A stretch of DNA of 51,123 bases from Candidatus Chisholmbacteria bacterium RIFCSPLOWO2_01_FULL_49_14 (GCA_001816915.1 MHCL01000023.1:1-51123); one strand, 5' to 3'. Positions 17,728 through 26,675 are shown, numbered from the stretch's first letter. The notes: generated from the letters alone by a model not told the origin. Program-made: numbers and translations.

Positions 17728-18237
17728 TTATTCCTTACTCCTTCTTTCGATTCCGAATTCTTTGAGCATTTGGTCCAACACTTCCAGGAATTTTTCGGTA
17801 TCCATCGGGCAGCCGGGAACGATGGCATCAACCGGGACGACTTCATCAAGCTTTAAAACTTTGTCTGCATAGCGGAAGCGGTCAAGGATCGGTTGAATTT
17901 CCTCCTTGGTAGCTTGGTCAAAAAGGTTTCGTTGTGCGGAGGGAAATCCGGTGACGGCGCAGGAACCGATGGCGACCAACTTTTTGGAGACGGAGCGGAT
18001 TTTTTTGAGCTTCTCTGCCTGTAGGACACTGGAGATCGCCCCTTCCACGAAGGCCACATCGAGGGAATCGAGGCTGTTTTTTGTCTTGAGCACTTTGGCG
18101 TGCCGAATGTCCAGAAGTTCCTTCCACTCAAAGAAGTGATCATTCATAAGCTCCGTCATCATGATTGTCGAGTCTTCGCAACAGGTGAAAGAGAACCAGC
18201 CGATTCGAAGCTTTTTTTTCGCTTGCGCTTTTGCCAT
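17728..18237 (-). CDS. [NiFe] hydrogenase small subunit, short form (proximal cluster domain only)
   Basis: RIGWFSFTCCEDS, VAFVEGAISS, AIGSCAVTG and VPGCP align by eye with the N-terminal half of group 3 small (delta) subunits. The start is taken at MAKAQAKKK (ATG 18237). Confidence 0.85.
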   Translation of the reverse strand: MAKAQAKKKLRIGWFSFTCCEDSTIMMTELMNDHFFEWKELLDIRHAKVLKTKNSLDSLDVAFVEGAISSVLQAEKLKKIRSVSKKLVAIGSCAVTGFPSAQRNLFDQATKEEIQPILDRFRYADKVLKLDEVVPVDAIVPGCPMDTEKFLEVLDQMLKEFGIERRSKE

Positions 18238-18244
18238 GTCGGAA

Positions 18245-18475
18245 TTACGAGCTCTTACGGGATTTGAGAAACCCGAATTTGTGTTTGGCAATGAGGAAGA
18301 TGTAAATGATGTCTAAGATGCCGATGGTCTGGACGAGCAGAAGCAGAACAAACCAAATTTTTTCTTCCCTTCTGGCTGCGGTCCACAGCGCCAATCCTTT
18401 CCAGGGAATGCTCCAGAGTTGAAGCAGTAAAAACAGCCAGGGGTACTGGGTAAAGAATTGCTCAAGGCTATCCAT
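18245..18475 (-). CDS. Small two-TM membrane protein
   Basis: 76 aa with two hydrophobic helices. Its ATG shares one base with the TAA of the upstream gene (TAATG). Confidence 0.5.
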   Translation of the reverse strand: MDSLEQFFTQYPWLFLLLQLWSIPWKGLALWTAARREEKIWFVLLLLVQTIGILDIIYIFLIAKHKFGFLKSRKSS

Positions 18476-19419
18476 TATGACATTCCCTCTTTACCGCGGT
18501 GAGACTTGGATATGCGGCGTTTCAGATAGATGATGAGGCCGAGCGCCGGGGCCCAGATTACGGAGTACACGGCCAGCCAAATCACGGCTTTGGCGATCCC
18601 CCGAAGATTCGTGACGAGTGAGCGCCAGGCGAGTTTGGCAATCACTGCAGGCCGGAAGGTCTCCGACGGCGTATACGGAAGGGCAATTTCGTCGGTTGAC
18701 ATATTAATCGTCACCCTTGAAAGTTTTGCCGTCCCTTCGAGATACTGCTGTCGGCCTTTGAGCGCATCTATTTGACTTTGCAGATTAATGATCTCTCGCT
18801 GTACCCTGAGGATGTCGTCAATTTCGACTGCCCTAGCCATAATCTCTTCAAATCTTGTCTTGGTGGTTTGCAGAGTTTTCAGACTGGCTTCGAGGTCCAC
18901 GTATTCGTCCGTGACGTCGGTTCCAGAAACATATTCCGACGAAACTTTGATCGCCAGCGAGCGGAAATAGTCCAAGGTCTGCGAGAGTTTCTCGGACGGG
19001 ATGCGGACAATAATGGTAGCGTAGGGCGCCTCCTCCGGCTGGGTGATGAACGAACTGACCATGTATCCGCCTTGATCTTTCGTAAAGCCCGTGATCTTAT
19101 CGCTCGTATCCCGCACGTTTCCCACGAGCAGTGAAAGATTGGTTTCCGTAACCACCAAGCGCTCATCGCCGGTCGTGGGCGGAGATTCCCTGGTGATCGG
19201 TGGAACGATCCCAATGTCGGGGGCCATCATCATTTCCGCAGACGCTCCATCGTAGGCAGGATTGGACACGGAACCCATTCCCGTGTATTGAAGTGATGAT
19301 GATTTCAATTGAGACAGCGGAGTGATACCCGCGAGGTTTTTCCACAACAGGTAGAAGACGACGAGCGTCATGAACGCGGCGAGTTTGTTGTTTTTGATCC
19401 AGGTAATCAGTCTTCCCAT
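18475..19419 (-). CDS. DUF4349-like membrane-anchored protein
   Basis: N-terminal TM, a central coiled-coil (LEASLKTLQTTKTRFEEIMARA...LQSQIDALKGRQQYLE) and a C-terminal TM, which is the layout of DUF4349. The start is taken at MGRLITW (19419). Confidence 0.65.
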   Translation of the reverse strand: MGRLITWIKNNKLAAFMTLVVFYLLWKNLAGITPLSQLKSSSLQYTGMGSVSNPAYDGASAEMMMAPDIGIVPPITRESPPTTGDERLVVTETNLSLLVGNVRDTSDKITGFTKDQGGYMVSSFITQPEEAPYATIIVRIPSEKLSQTLDYFRSLAIKVSSEYVSGTDVTDEYVDLEASLKTLQTTKTRFEEIMARAVEIDDILRVQREIINLQSQIDALKGRQQYLEGTAKLSRVTINMSTDEIALPYTPSETFRPAVIAKLAWRSLVTNLRGIAKAVIWLAVYSVIWAPALGLIIYLKRRISKSHRGKEGMS

Positions 19420-19423
19420 TATT

Positions 19424-20044
19424 TTACCTTCCCCTTCCGTATTTGCCGATAAGCTGGGTTTGGGCAATGATATGGCCTTCCATGGCTTTCTCAAGTAGCG
19501 GTTGGTTGGCGCCTTTTCTTAATTCCAAGAGCGCGTCCAAGGCATACAATTTGAAAAAATATCGGTGTTCGACACCCGGAGGAGGACACGGACCTCCCCA
19601 GGATTCATTGCCGAAATCGTTGGTTCCAACCTGAGAGCTGGGCGGAACCGAGTTTTCCGGCAATTCGTCAAATTGCGGAGGAATATTATAGAGCAGCCAG
19701 TGCACCCAGTTCCCCGACGGCGCATCCGGATCTTCCACGATTAATGCCAAACTCTGCGTCCCTTCCGGTATGTCTTGGATGGAAAGCGGCGGATTCAGGT
19801 TTTCTCCGTCGCAGGTATAGCGCTTCGGAACCCATTCACCCTCCCCGAAGGCGTTGCTTCTCAACGTCATGGTTGTCATCGTGTTCTCCCCGCTTTTTCC
19901 TGTGGAAACTTCTCTTTGCTCTACTGCGGTAGGTAGAATTCCCTTACGGGAACATGCAGAAAAAAGCATAGCAGAAAGCATAAGGAGTGTTAAGCGGGAT
20001 AGGTTTTTATTATTTGACATTGTAATTGCTCGAAATTGACTCAT
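19424..20044 (-). CDS. YbhB/YbcL (PEBP / Raf-kinase-inhibitor-like) family protein, probable lipoprotein
   Basis: CDGENLNPPL, IVEDPDAP, HWLLYNIP and GPCPPPGVEHRYFFKLYALD motifs, plus a signal peptide ending LFSAC. The start is ambiguous: 20044 (ATGA overlap) or 20020. Confidence 0.8.
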   Translation of the reverse strand: MSQFRAITMSNNKNLSRLTLLMLSAMLFSACSRKGILPTAVEQREVSTGKSGENTMTTMTLRSNAFGEGEWVPKRYTCDGENLNPPLSIQDIPEGTQSLALIVEDPDAPSGNWVHWLLYNIPPQFDELPENSVPPSSQVGTNDFGNESWGGPCPPPGVEHRYFFKLYALDALLELRKGANQPLLEKAMEGHIIAQTQLIGKYGRGR

Positions 20045-20694
20045 GAAGCGGACCGGTACAAACAATAGGCACAGCTTGAGTGCGCCTGCGGCTCCGGCCC
20101 TTCAAGAAGGCTTTTGACCTCCTGCAAGATGTTCATTCCTTGTCTCCAATCACTGTTCATTTTCACGATCTGCGGGTGAAATGTGGCCTTACAAACTGCA
20201 TATTCCGTCGGGTGGATAAAAAACAGATAGCCGTAGTCGGCGGGAGGCAGATTATTTTTTTCCAATAGAAGCGCATAGAGATTCACTTGGTCCTGATAGT
20301 GTTCGTGGGTATCCGCTTTAACCGGATAACCGCGGGTTTTGAAATCAAAGACTACATGCTGACCCTGTTTATTGACAAGCAACTCGTCGATTGCACCTTT
20401 GAGCCTCATATCAAGTTCGGGAAATTCGGCAACCAAGCCGTGAAAGATTTGCCTCATCTTCTTGAGCTTCGTAAAATCCGGGTAGAGCGCATCGGTTATT
20501 TTTCCTTTCAATTCAGGAGGGAGCTCTCCGCGCAGACGATAGGCATCGAAGTATTTCTTGAGCACCTCATCCATGCCACTCGGCAGACTGGGAAAAATGC
20601 CTTTCGGCCGCGAGACTCCTTCCCGATAGTACAGCCAAAGACAGCGGGGACATTCTCGCAGGTAGCTTATTCCGGAAGGTGAGACCTTATACAT
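20041..20694 (-). CDS. PD-(D/E)XK nuclease family protein (Cas4/RecB-like, Cys-containing)
   Basis: ECPRC near the N-terminus, the AIDELLV ... VVFDFKT nuclease core and a C-terminal CAYC. Confidence 0.6.
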   Translation of the reverse strand: MYKVSPSGISYLRECPRCLWLYYREGVSRPKGIFPSLPSGMDEVLKKYFDAYRLRGELPPELKGKITDALYPDFTKLKKMRQIFHGLVAEFPELDMRLKGAIDELLVNKQGQHVVFDFKTRGYPVKADTHEHYQDQVNLYALLLEKNNLPPADYGYLFFIHPTEYAVCKATFHPQIVKMNSDWRQGMNILQEVKSLLEGPEPQAHSSCAYCLYRSAS

Positions 20695-20740
20695 GTTTAC
20701 GGCTATTGTAGCATCGGCCGATCATGTTGGAGCCGAGATT

Positions 20741-21349
20741 CTATTTCATCGCGTCTGCAAACCGTTTTTCCACTTCCAGCCAATTGACGACATTCCACCA
20801 AGCGGTAACGTAATCGGCCCGGCGATTCTGATATTTCAGGTAGTAGGCGTGTTCCCACACGTCAAGTCCCAGGATCGGCGTTTTTCCTTCGCTGACGGGT
20901 GAATCCTGATTCGGCGTGTCACCGATAACCAACTTTGCGTCGTCAACGACGAGCCATGCCCAACCGCTTCCGAATCTTCCCAAAGCCGACTGGGTGAACT
21001 TTTCCTTGAATGTCTCAACGCTGCCGAAAGCGCCGATCAGCGCCTTCAATAACTTGCCTTCCGGCTGGCTCCCCTGGCTTGGACCTAGAACCATCCAAAA
21101 CAACGAATGGTTGGCGTGACCGCCTCCGTTATTGCGTACTTTGGTACGAATATCTTCGGGAATTGTATCGAGATCTTTCAGGAGTTTATTGATATCCGTA
21201 CGCAACAGATCTTCATGGCCTTCGAGAATAGCATTGAGATTTGAGACATATCCCGCATGATGTTTGTCATGATGGATATGCATGGTCTGTTCATCGATAT
21301 GCGGCTCAAGCGCCGAATAATCATAGGGTAAATCTGGAAGAGTAAACAT
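20741..21349 (-). CDS. Fe/Mn superoxide dismutase
   Basis: [31 protein letters not shown] and DVWEHAYYL signatures. Confidence 0.95.
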   Translation of the reverse strand: MFTLPDLPYDYSALEPHIDEQTMHIHHDKHHAGYVSNLNAILEGHEDLLRTDINKLLKDLDTIPEDIRTKVRNNGGGHANHSLFWMVLGPSQGSQPEGKLLKALIGAFGSVETFKEKFTQSALGRFGSGWAWLVVDDAKLVIGDTPNQDSPVSEGKTPILGLDVWEHAYYLKYQNRRADYVTAWWNVVNWLEVEKRFADAMK

Positions 21350-21434
21350 ATTCTCACCTCCCCTCCCAGTTAGATAACGCGAAGCGAATCTAACGGGATC
21401 CCGTGAGATGCCCTCGGGCTATCTCACTGGGACC
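21350..21434 (-). promoter_or_regulatory. Structured 5' leader, copy A (two hairpins plus SD)
   Basis: The minus-strand RNA reads GUGAGAU-A-GCCC-GA-GGGC-AUCUCAC (21403-27), then GUUAGAU...AUCUAAC (21365-97), then UGGGAGGGGAGGUGAGAAUAUG. It has the same architecture as 25536-25656. Confidence 0.5.
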
Positions 21435-21539
21435 TTTCTCTTATTTTCTTTTTCCATCGCGTCTGCATTGTAGTGCAGACTTCTCAACTCCACAAGAGCG
21501 CATTTATACTTTAGAGTACGATGAGTTTATAATTCCGGT

Positions 21540-21971
21540 ATGGGTGTTGTTTTATTGGTGCTGCAAGTCATCCTGTTTTTCGTTCTGTTTCTGATGAGCA
21601 ATCTCTATTTGCTCCTGAGCGTTCCAATCCTCCTTCTTGTGCTTTTTCTGGGTCTTGCAATCGGAGGAATGGGAATCATGCATATCGGCAAGGCATCCTA
21701 TTCCCCATTTCCAAATCCGACAAAGAAAAATTCACTCTCGCGGAGGGGCATTTACAAGTACATCCGCCATCCGATGTACGCGGGATTGATGCTGGTCGGA
21801 CTGGCACTTCTACTATCGAGGTTCTCTCCTTTAGCTCTGGTGTTTTTTCTTCTCTTCGCTTCAGCAACCTTCGTGAAGGCAAAACTCGAGGAGACACTGA
21901 TGGAACGAATGCATCCGAAATACCGAGACTATAAACGGCAGGTGAAGATGTTCATCCCTTATCTCTTCTGA
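21540..21971 (+). CDS. Isoprenylcysteine carboxyl / phospholipid methyltransferase family membrane protein
   Basis: Multi-TM protein with the GIYKYIRHPMYAGLML motif. Confidence 0.7.
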   Translation: MGVVLLVLQVILFFVLFLMSNLYLLLSVPILLLVLFLGLAIGGMGIMHIGKASYSPFPNPTKKNSLSRRGIYKYIRHPMYAGLMLVGLALLLSRFSPLALVFFLLFASATFVKAKLEETLMERMHPKYRDYKRQVKMFIPYLF

Positions 21972-22003
21972 TCCGGAATATTTCTTCTGTACAGTTCCTG
22001 AGT

Positions 22004-22711
22004 TCAGTAAACTTCCAGTGCATCTCCGGATGAGAGGCGGGTTTTCGCATTTGCAAGTTTGAGGATTTCCTGAGCGATGTTTTCGGGGGGTAAACCGATC
22101 TTCCTTCCCGAATACTTTTCCTGCATGTCGGTCGCAACGTTGCCGGGACAAAGGGCGAAGACAGCAATATTCGTCTTATTGAGTTCTTGCGCCAGACTTT
22201 CCGTGAAACCCACGACCGCGAATTTGGTGGCGCTATACGTGGCTATTCCGGAACTTCCGTGCTTTCCGGCCCCGGAGGAAATATTGATGATCACTCCCTT
22301 TTTTTGGCGCAGCATTTCGGGGAGAACGGCGCGCGTCGTGAAGAGCATGCCTTTGAGATTGACGTCAACTTCCTCGTTGATGCTGCGCACATCCTGGCGC
22401 TGAAAATCCCCGAACCAAAGTACACCCGCATTGTTCACCAGGACATCGATCCGAGAAAATCGTTTAAGCGTCTCCGCGACAAACTTCTTGAGTTGCCCAT
22501 ATTCCCTGACATCGGCGGCCATCGTAAACAGGTCACCGAATATTTTTAATTCCTCCTCCGCTTGTTTGACGTTGGTTTGGCTTCTGCCGCAAAAAGCGAC
22601 TTTAAAACCGGCTATGAGAAATGCCTTTGCCGTCTCAAATCCGATTCCCCGTGATCCGCCGGTGATCATCACGACTCGATGTGTTTGCGATGTCTCGTCT
22701 TTAGAAACCAT
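22004..22711 (-). CDS. SDR-family oxidoreductase
   Basis: TGGSRGIG cofactor loop, NNAG, and the catalytic YSATKFAV (YxxxK). Confidence 0.85.
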   Translation of the reverse strand: MVSKDETSQTHRVVMITGGSRGIGFETAKAFLIAGFKVAFCGRSQTNVKQAEEELKIFGDLFTMAADVREYGQLKKFVAETLKRFSRIDVLVNNAGVLWFGDFQRQDVRSINEEVDVNLKGMLFTTRAVLPEMLRQKKGVIINISSGAGKHGSSGIATYSATKFAVVGFTESLAQELNKTNIAVFALCPGNVATDMQEKYSGRKIGLPPENIAQEILKLANAKTRLSSGDALEVY

Positions 22712-22772
22712 TTTTATTCTTGTTTAAGAGAACAAACGATCTCACTATATCACATCCAAAATATTCCCTTTT

Positions 22773-23183
22773 TTAATCCTCTTTGAGATGAGAGACCAAC
22801 ACGGCTCGCTCACGCGGGCCGCTCAACTCGACAAGCACAACCCGTTGCCAAGTTCCCAAGATGAAAGAACCGTCTTGAATGGGAATCGTCAGCGAAGAAC
22901 CGATGATCGAACTCATGATATGTTCACCGACGTGGGAGGGATCATGCGGGTGACGGTACTTGAGCTTGGGGATCATTTCCTCAAACGCATCGAGCATATC
23001 CAAATCGGTGCCGGGATCAAGATCTGCCGTGGTCAGCGCACAGGTGGTGTGAAGAACATGAAGGGCACACAATCCGTCACGCCAACCTTGTTTTCGGATC
23101 AAGCCGTTCACTGTTCCTGTGATGTCAATAACCTGTTTGTTGCGTGAACTCTTTATGAAGATTTTGGGCATTATTTTTACCAT
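22773..23183 (-). CDS. YjbQ/UPF0047 family protein (secondary thiamine-phosphate synthase)
   Basis: HTTCALT, HPHDPSH..EHI and GTWQRVVLVE motifs. Confidence 0.8.
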   Translation of the reverse strand: MVKIMPKIFIKSSRNKQVIDITGTVNGLIRKQGWRDGLCALHVLHTTCALTTADLDPGTDLDMLDAFEEMIPKLKYRHPHDPSHVGEHIMSSIIGSSLTIPIQDGSFILGTWQRVVLVELSGPRERAVLVSHLKED

Positions 23184-23626
23184 TACTCCTGAAGTTTTTT
23201 CAAATCTTTCAAAATAATCCGGGCATGGGATACGGGATCAACGCTTCGGTAGATTTTGGCGATCTTTCCATGAGGATCAATAAGAAAGGTGAAGCGCCGA
23301 GTGAGAATTATCGCTTGCGCGCCGTAACTTCTGCTGATTATTTTCTCCTCGTCTGCGAGCAAGGTGAACGGAAGAATCAATTTTGCCGCAAATTTGGCGT
23401 GACTTTCCTGGGAATCGGCACTTACACCCACAACCGCTGCGAGTCTCTTGAGCACCTCGTATTTGTCGCGAAACCCGCAGGCTTCCTTGGTGCAGCCCGA
23501 GGTAAAATCTTTCGGGTAGAAATAGAGCACCAGCCACTTTCCCTTGAATTGGGAGAGCGAAGTGATCGTTCCATTCTGGTCGGCAGCGGAAAATGGAGGC
23601 GCCGCGTCGCCTTCACCAAGCGTCAT
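23183..23626 (-). CDS. bcp: Thiol peroxidase Bcp (peroxiredoxin)
   Basis: FYPKDFTSGCTKEAC active-site motif. 147 aa. Confidence 0.9.
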   Translation of the reverse strand: MTLGEGDAAPPFSAADQNGTITSLSQFKGKWLVLYFYPKDFTSGCTKEACGFRDKYEVLKRLAAVVGVSADSQESHAKFAAKLILPFTLLADEEKIISRSYGAQAIILTRRFTFLIDPHGKIAKIYRSVDPVSHARIILKDLKKLQE

Positions 23627-23752
23627 AGCAATAGGGTTATTATAACGGGATGGTTGTCCACCTCAACAGCGGAGTTTTATGTCAAATAGCCCAGGGCAAA
23701 GCGAAGCTTTAACCTGGGCTTTATGTACCGATAAATACCATGGGAATGAAGA

Positions 23753-24283
23753 TTATGATCCCGCTGCGTTGGTAAGAAAGTTTTCAACAATAACTTTGAG
23801 TTCCGGAGAAATTTTTAAGGTGTTGAGCGTTGTTTGAAAAAACCGCCGATTGAGGGTGAACCATCTTCCTTCCTCGATTTCCTCTTTATTTAGGCTCACC
23901 TGACCAGCATAGACGGCTTTAAAGAATGTTTCGAATTCGGTTTCATTGGGGTAGCGGATGAGTTTTTTCCCGAGGAGTTTGAGTGGCGGAACTTTTTTTA
24001 TTCCCAGCTCTTCTGTAAGTTCCATCGCGGCGGCCTGGCGATAGGTTTTGCCGCTTGGAACATGACCGCTTGCCGAGATCGTCCAATATCCGGGGTAGGT
24101 ATCTTTAGTCCTGCTTCTTTTCTGCAAAAAAAGCTGCCTCTTCGGGTTATAAACGAGAATGGCCACCGCGCGATGGATGAGCTTCGGGTTCCGGTTGGCC
24201 TCCCGCCTTTTTACCGTGCCGATGACTCGGTCTTGGTCATCGACCAGGTCAAACAATTCATTTCTGGGATCCGTTGTGTGCAT
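23753..24283 (-). CDS. NUDIX hydrolase
   Basis: SASGHVPSGKTYRQAAAMELTEELGI Nudix box. Confidence 0.75.
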   Translation of the reverse strand: MHTTDPRNELFDLVDDQDRVIGTVKRREANRNPKLIHRAVAILVYNPKRQLFLQKRSRTKDTYPGYWTISASGHVPSGKTYRQAAAMELTEELGIKKVPPLKLLGKKLIRYPNETEFETFFKAVYAGQVSLNKEEIEEGRWFTLNRRFFQTTLNTLKISPELKVIVENFLTNAAGS

Positions 24284-24321
24284 GAATCAATGTTTGATGA
24301 TTCATGACTGATTACTAATAG

Positions 24322-24954
24322 TTAATGGGTTGTGTGATATGGGAGTTCGGCGGCGACAGTGGTTTCCAGGCCATGACCGCAGTAAAGGATTGTTTTCTCG
24401 GGAAGCCGCAGTATTCTTTCTATAGAGATATCGAGTTCCCTCTGGTTGCTGTAGGAGAAATCTGTTCGACCGACGCCTCCGCCGGCGAAGAGGAGATCGC
24501 CGACCCAAACAAACCCTGCTTTTTTGTCATAGAGGCTGATGCTGCCTGGTGTGTGGCCCGGGGTTTCGATGATCTCTATTCGAGATTTACCGACATTTAG
24601 CTTGCTGCCTTTTTCGAGATTTGCGCTGATCCTGGGTGACGGACCCGCCTTTACCCCGATAAAGTGCTCGGCTGTTTCATTCATGCGTTTAATGAGAAAT
24701 TCGTCTTTTTGGTGAATGAGAAAGGGGATGTTGTAGGCCAGCTGAAGTTCGGCTGCGGCCATGATGTGGTCGAAGTGGCCGTGGGTGGCGATGATCTGTG
24801 TCGGGGTAACTTTCTCGTCGGCGATAACCCTTGTAATATAGTCTGCGTCGTCGCCGGGATCGATGATGGACGCTTCTTTCTTTTCTGAATCAAAGATCAG
24901 ATAGCAGTTGGCCTGCAGCTGACCGACGACAATGGTTTTAACTCTTAGGCTCAT
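24322..24954 (-). CDS. MBL-fold metallo-hydrolase (glyoxalase II-like)
   Basis: ATHGHFDH zinc motif, followed by TPGHTPG and GDLLF. Confidence 0.85.
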   Translation of the reverse strand: MSLRVKTIVVGQLQANCYLIFDSEKKEASIIDPGDDADYITRVIADEKVTPTQIIATHGHFDHIMAAAELQLAYNIPFLIHQKDEFLIKRMNETAEHFIGVKAGPSPRISANLEKGSKLNVGKSRIEIIETPGHTPGSISLYDKKAGFVWVGDLLFAGGGVGRTDFSYSNQRELDISIERILRLPEKTILYCGHGLETTVAAELPYHTTH

Positions 24955-25535
24955 TCCTCCGCACCCAAATCGATACTGATGGTCATGGACGAACCGTCTT
25001 CCGTTTCGGTGATGGCAATCACGCCGCTTTGCTCACCATTTTCGAAACTCAGGACTGCGGCGTTTGATAAACTTGATTCTTCCGTAATTTTCCAACCCGC
25101 TTCAATCAGATTCTTTTTATAATAGTCGGCGATCGCGGTAAAAGAATCTTGGCTGGTGAGCGACAGCGATATGACTTGCGCGCTTGAGGCGCTGGTTTCG
25201 ATTTCGGATCCGGGATATAAAGGGATATTATCGGGAAAATTTTCCGGAACTTCCTGCTTCCCGGCGGTAAAGGTGCCTTCCTCCGTCTTCACTGTGACTT
25301 CCTCTCCCTCACCGGAAATGTCGACATCCGCACCTGTTGACTGCTCAATGGCCTTCTCCGCGACTTGCTGGGCTACTTTGGAACCAGCAAGCCCGATCAG
25401 TTTGGTCGCGGCAAAAGACAAGAGGAGAATACCAATTACCACCGAAACCAGGATGATTAAGGTGTTCCCACTCTTTTTCCGGCCGGCTTCAATTTTTACT
25501 TCCTCTTTGATCTGCTCTTTTTCTTCTTCCGGCAT
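24951..25535 (-). CDS. Hypothetical N-terminally anchored protein
   Basis: The start is taken at MPEEEKEQ (ATG 25535), which is preceded by GGAGGUGAGAAUA. There is one TM followed by an acidic Ser/Thr-rich domain. Confidence 0.55.
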   Translation of the reverse strand: MPEEEKEQIKEEVKIEAGRKKSGNTLIILVSVVIGILLLSFAATKLIGLAGSKVAQQVAEKAIEQSTGADVDISGEGEEVTVKTEEGTFTAGKQEVPENFPDNIPLYPGSEIETSASSAQVISLSLTSQDSFTAIADYYKKNLIEAGWKITEESSLSNAAVLSFENGEQSGVIAITETEDGSSMTISIDLGAEE

Positions 25536-25656
25536 TATTCTCACCTCCTCCCAGTGAAGTAACGCTTCGCGTACTTCACGGGATCCCGTGAGATACATAG
25601 TTATCTCACCGTGACCCAATCCCCGTGAGATGCCCGACGGGCTAACTCACCGGGAC
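25536..25656 (-). promoter_or_regulatory. Structured 5' leader, copy B (three hairpins plus SD)
   Basis: Hairpins at 25621-54, 25586-611 and 25550-82, then UGGGAGGAGGUGAGAAUAAUG. It is related to 21350-21434 and shows compensatory stem changes. Confidence 0.5.
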
Positions 25657-25770
25657 ATATTGTCAAACCTTGAGGCATTCTAACACAATTTTCACACCTG
25701 ATGCGTTCATCAAAATACGATAAGTTCAGCGGGATTTGTTCTCAAGTTTGCGCTACACTACTCTTGCCGT

Positions 25771-26595
25771 ATGAATATCGTCATCGATGTCGGTGGAACA
25801 ACTACGCGGATGGCTTCTTCAAAGGATGGAAGGACGTTCTTGCACAAGGAGCGCTTCCCTTCAGAGAAGAACTTTGAGAAGGGAATTACCCTACTCACCG
25901 CATCGATCAAAAAAATCTTGGCAGGAGAGCAACCTTCTCAAATCGTCATCGGAATCCCGGGAACCATCGATCACAAGACACAGCTTCCACTCGTTATTCC
26001 TCATCTGCCTGGGTGGAATAAACGGGATGTAATTAAGGCTCTCTCACAAGAGTTTCACTGTGCGATTTCTTTAGCCCATGATGCGGAATTAGGAGCTTTA
26101 GGCGAAGCTTATTTCGGTGCCGGGAAAGGATACCGGATTGTCGGATATCTCGCCGTTGGTACCGGAATCGGAGGGGCGTTGGTGATTGACTGCGAGCTTC
26201 TTCCATCCGTGTACGGACGCGAACCCGGGCATATGAATTTTGATCTCACGGGTAAGCCGCATCCCGGATCGGGACAACGCGGGGATTGGGAGCTTTACGC
26301 TTCCGGATCGACTTTTCAGGAGTTGTATGGCGCGGATCCGAAGACGTGTACGGACCCGAAGATTTGGGAGCGTTTTGCCCAGCGTTTCGGGCAGGGCGTC
26401 GTCAACACGATCCTGCTCTGGTCTCCGGAAATCATGATTATCGGAGGGGGTATGGCTAACGCCGGAGAACTACTCTTTACCCCGCTCGTGCGGTTCGTTT
26501 CCAAACGCTTGAAGGTGTTTCCGCCCCCGCCGATTCGTCAAGCCATGCTCGGAGATGACGCGGGACTGTACGGGGGGTTGGCTCTCCTCAAGTAA
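25771..26595 (+). CDS. ROK-family sugar kinase
   Basis: N-terminal VIDVGGTTTR ATP-binding motif, with GIGGAL and GHM in the sugar-kinase core. Confidence 0.8.
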   Translation: MNIVIDVGGTTTRMASSKDGRTFLHKERFPSEKNFEKGITLLTASIKKILAGEQPSQIVIGIPGTIDHKTQLPLVIPHLPGWNKRDVIKALSQEFHCAISLAHDAELGALGEAYFGAGKGYRIVGYLAVGTGIGGALVIDCELLPSVYGREPGHMNFDLTGKPHPGSGQRGDWELYASGSTFQELYGADPKTCTDPKIWERFAQRFGQGVVNTILLWSPEIMIIGGGMANAGELLFTPLVRFVSKRLKVFPPPPIRQAMLGDDAGLYGGLALLK

Positions 26596-26675
26596 TTGCA
26601 GGTCGGACCTGCAAGCGGTTGGATATATCAGGGAATTCGGAGTTGCTTGAGGGGATTGCAGGTCGGACCTGTAAT
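26595..26675. repeat. Twin copies of a 21-nt palindromic element, 60 bp apart
   Basis: ATTGCAGGTCGGACCTGCAAG (26595-26615) and ATTGCAGGTCGGACCTGTAAT (26655-26675). Each is a 9-10 bp stem around a single central G. Confidence 0.85.

Noticed and set aside
26595-26675. Possible CRISPR array
   Set aside because: There are only two repeat copies, the repeats are perfect palindromes 21 nt long, and no cas genes are nearby. No other CRISPR-like array was seen in the window.
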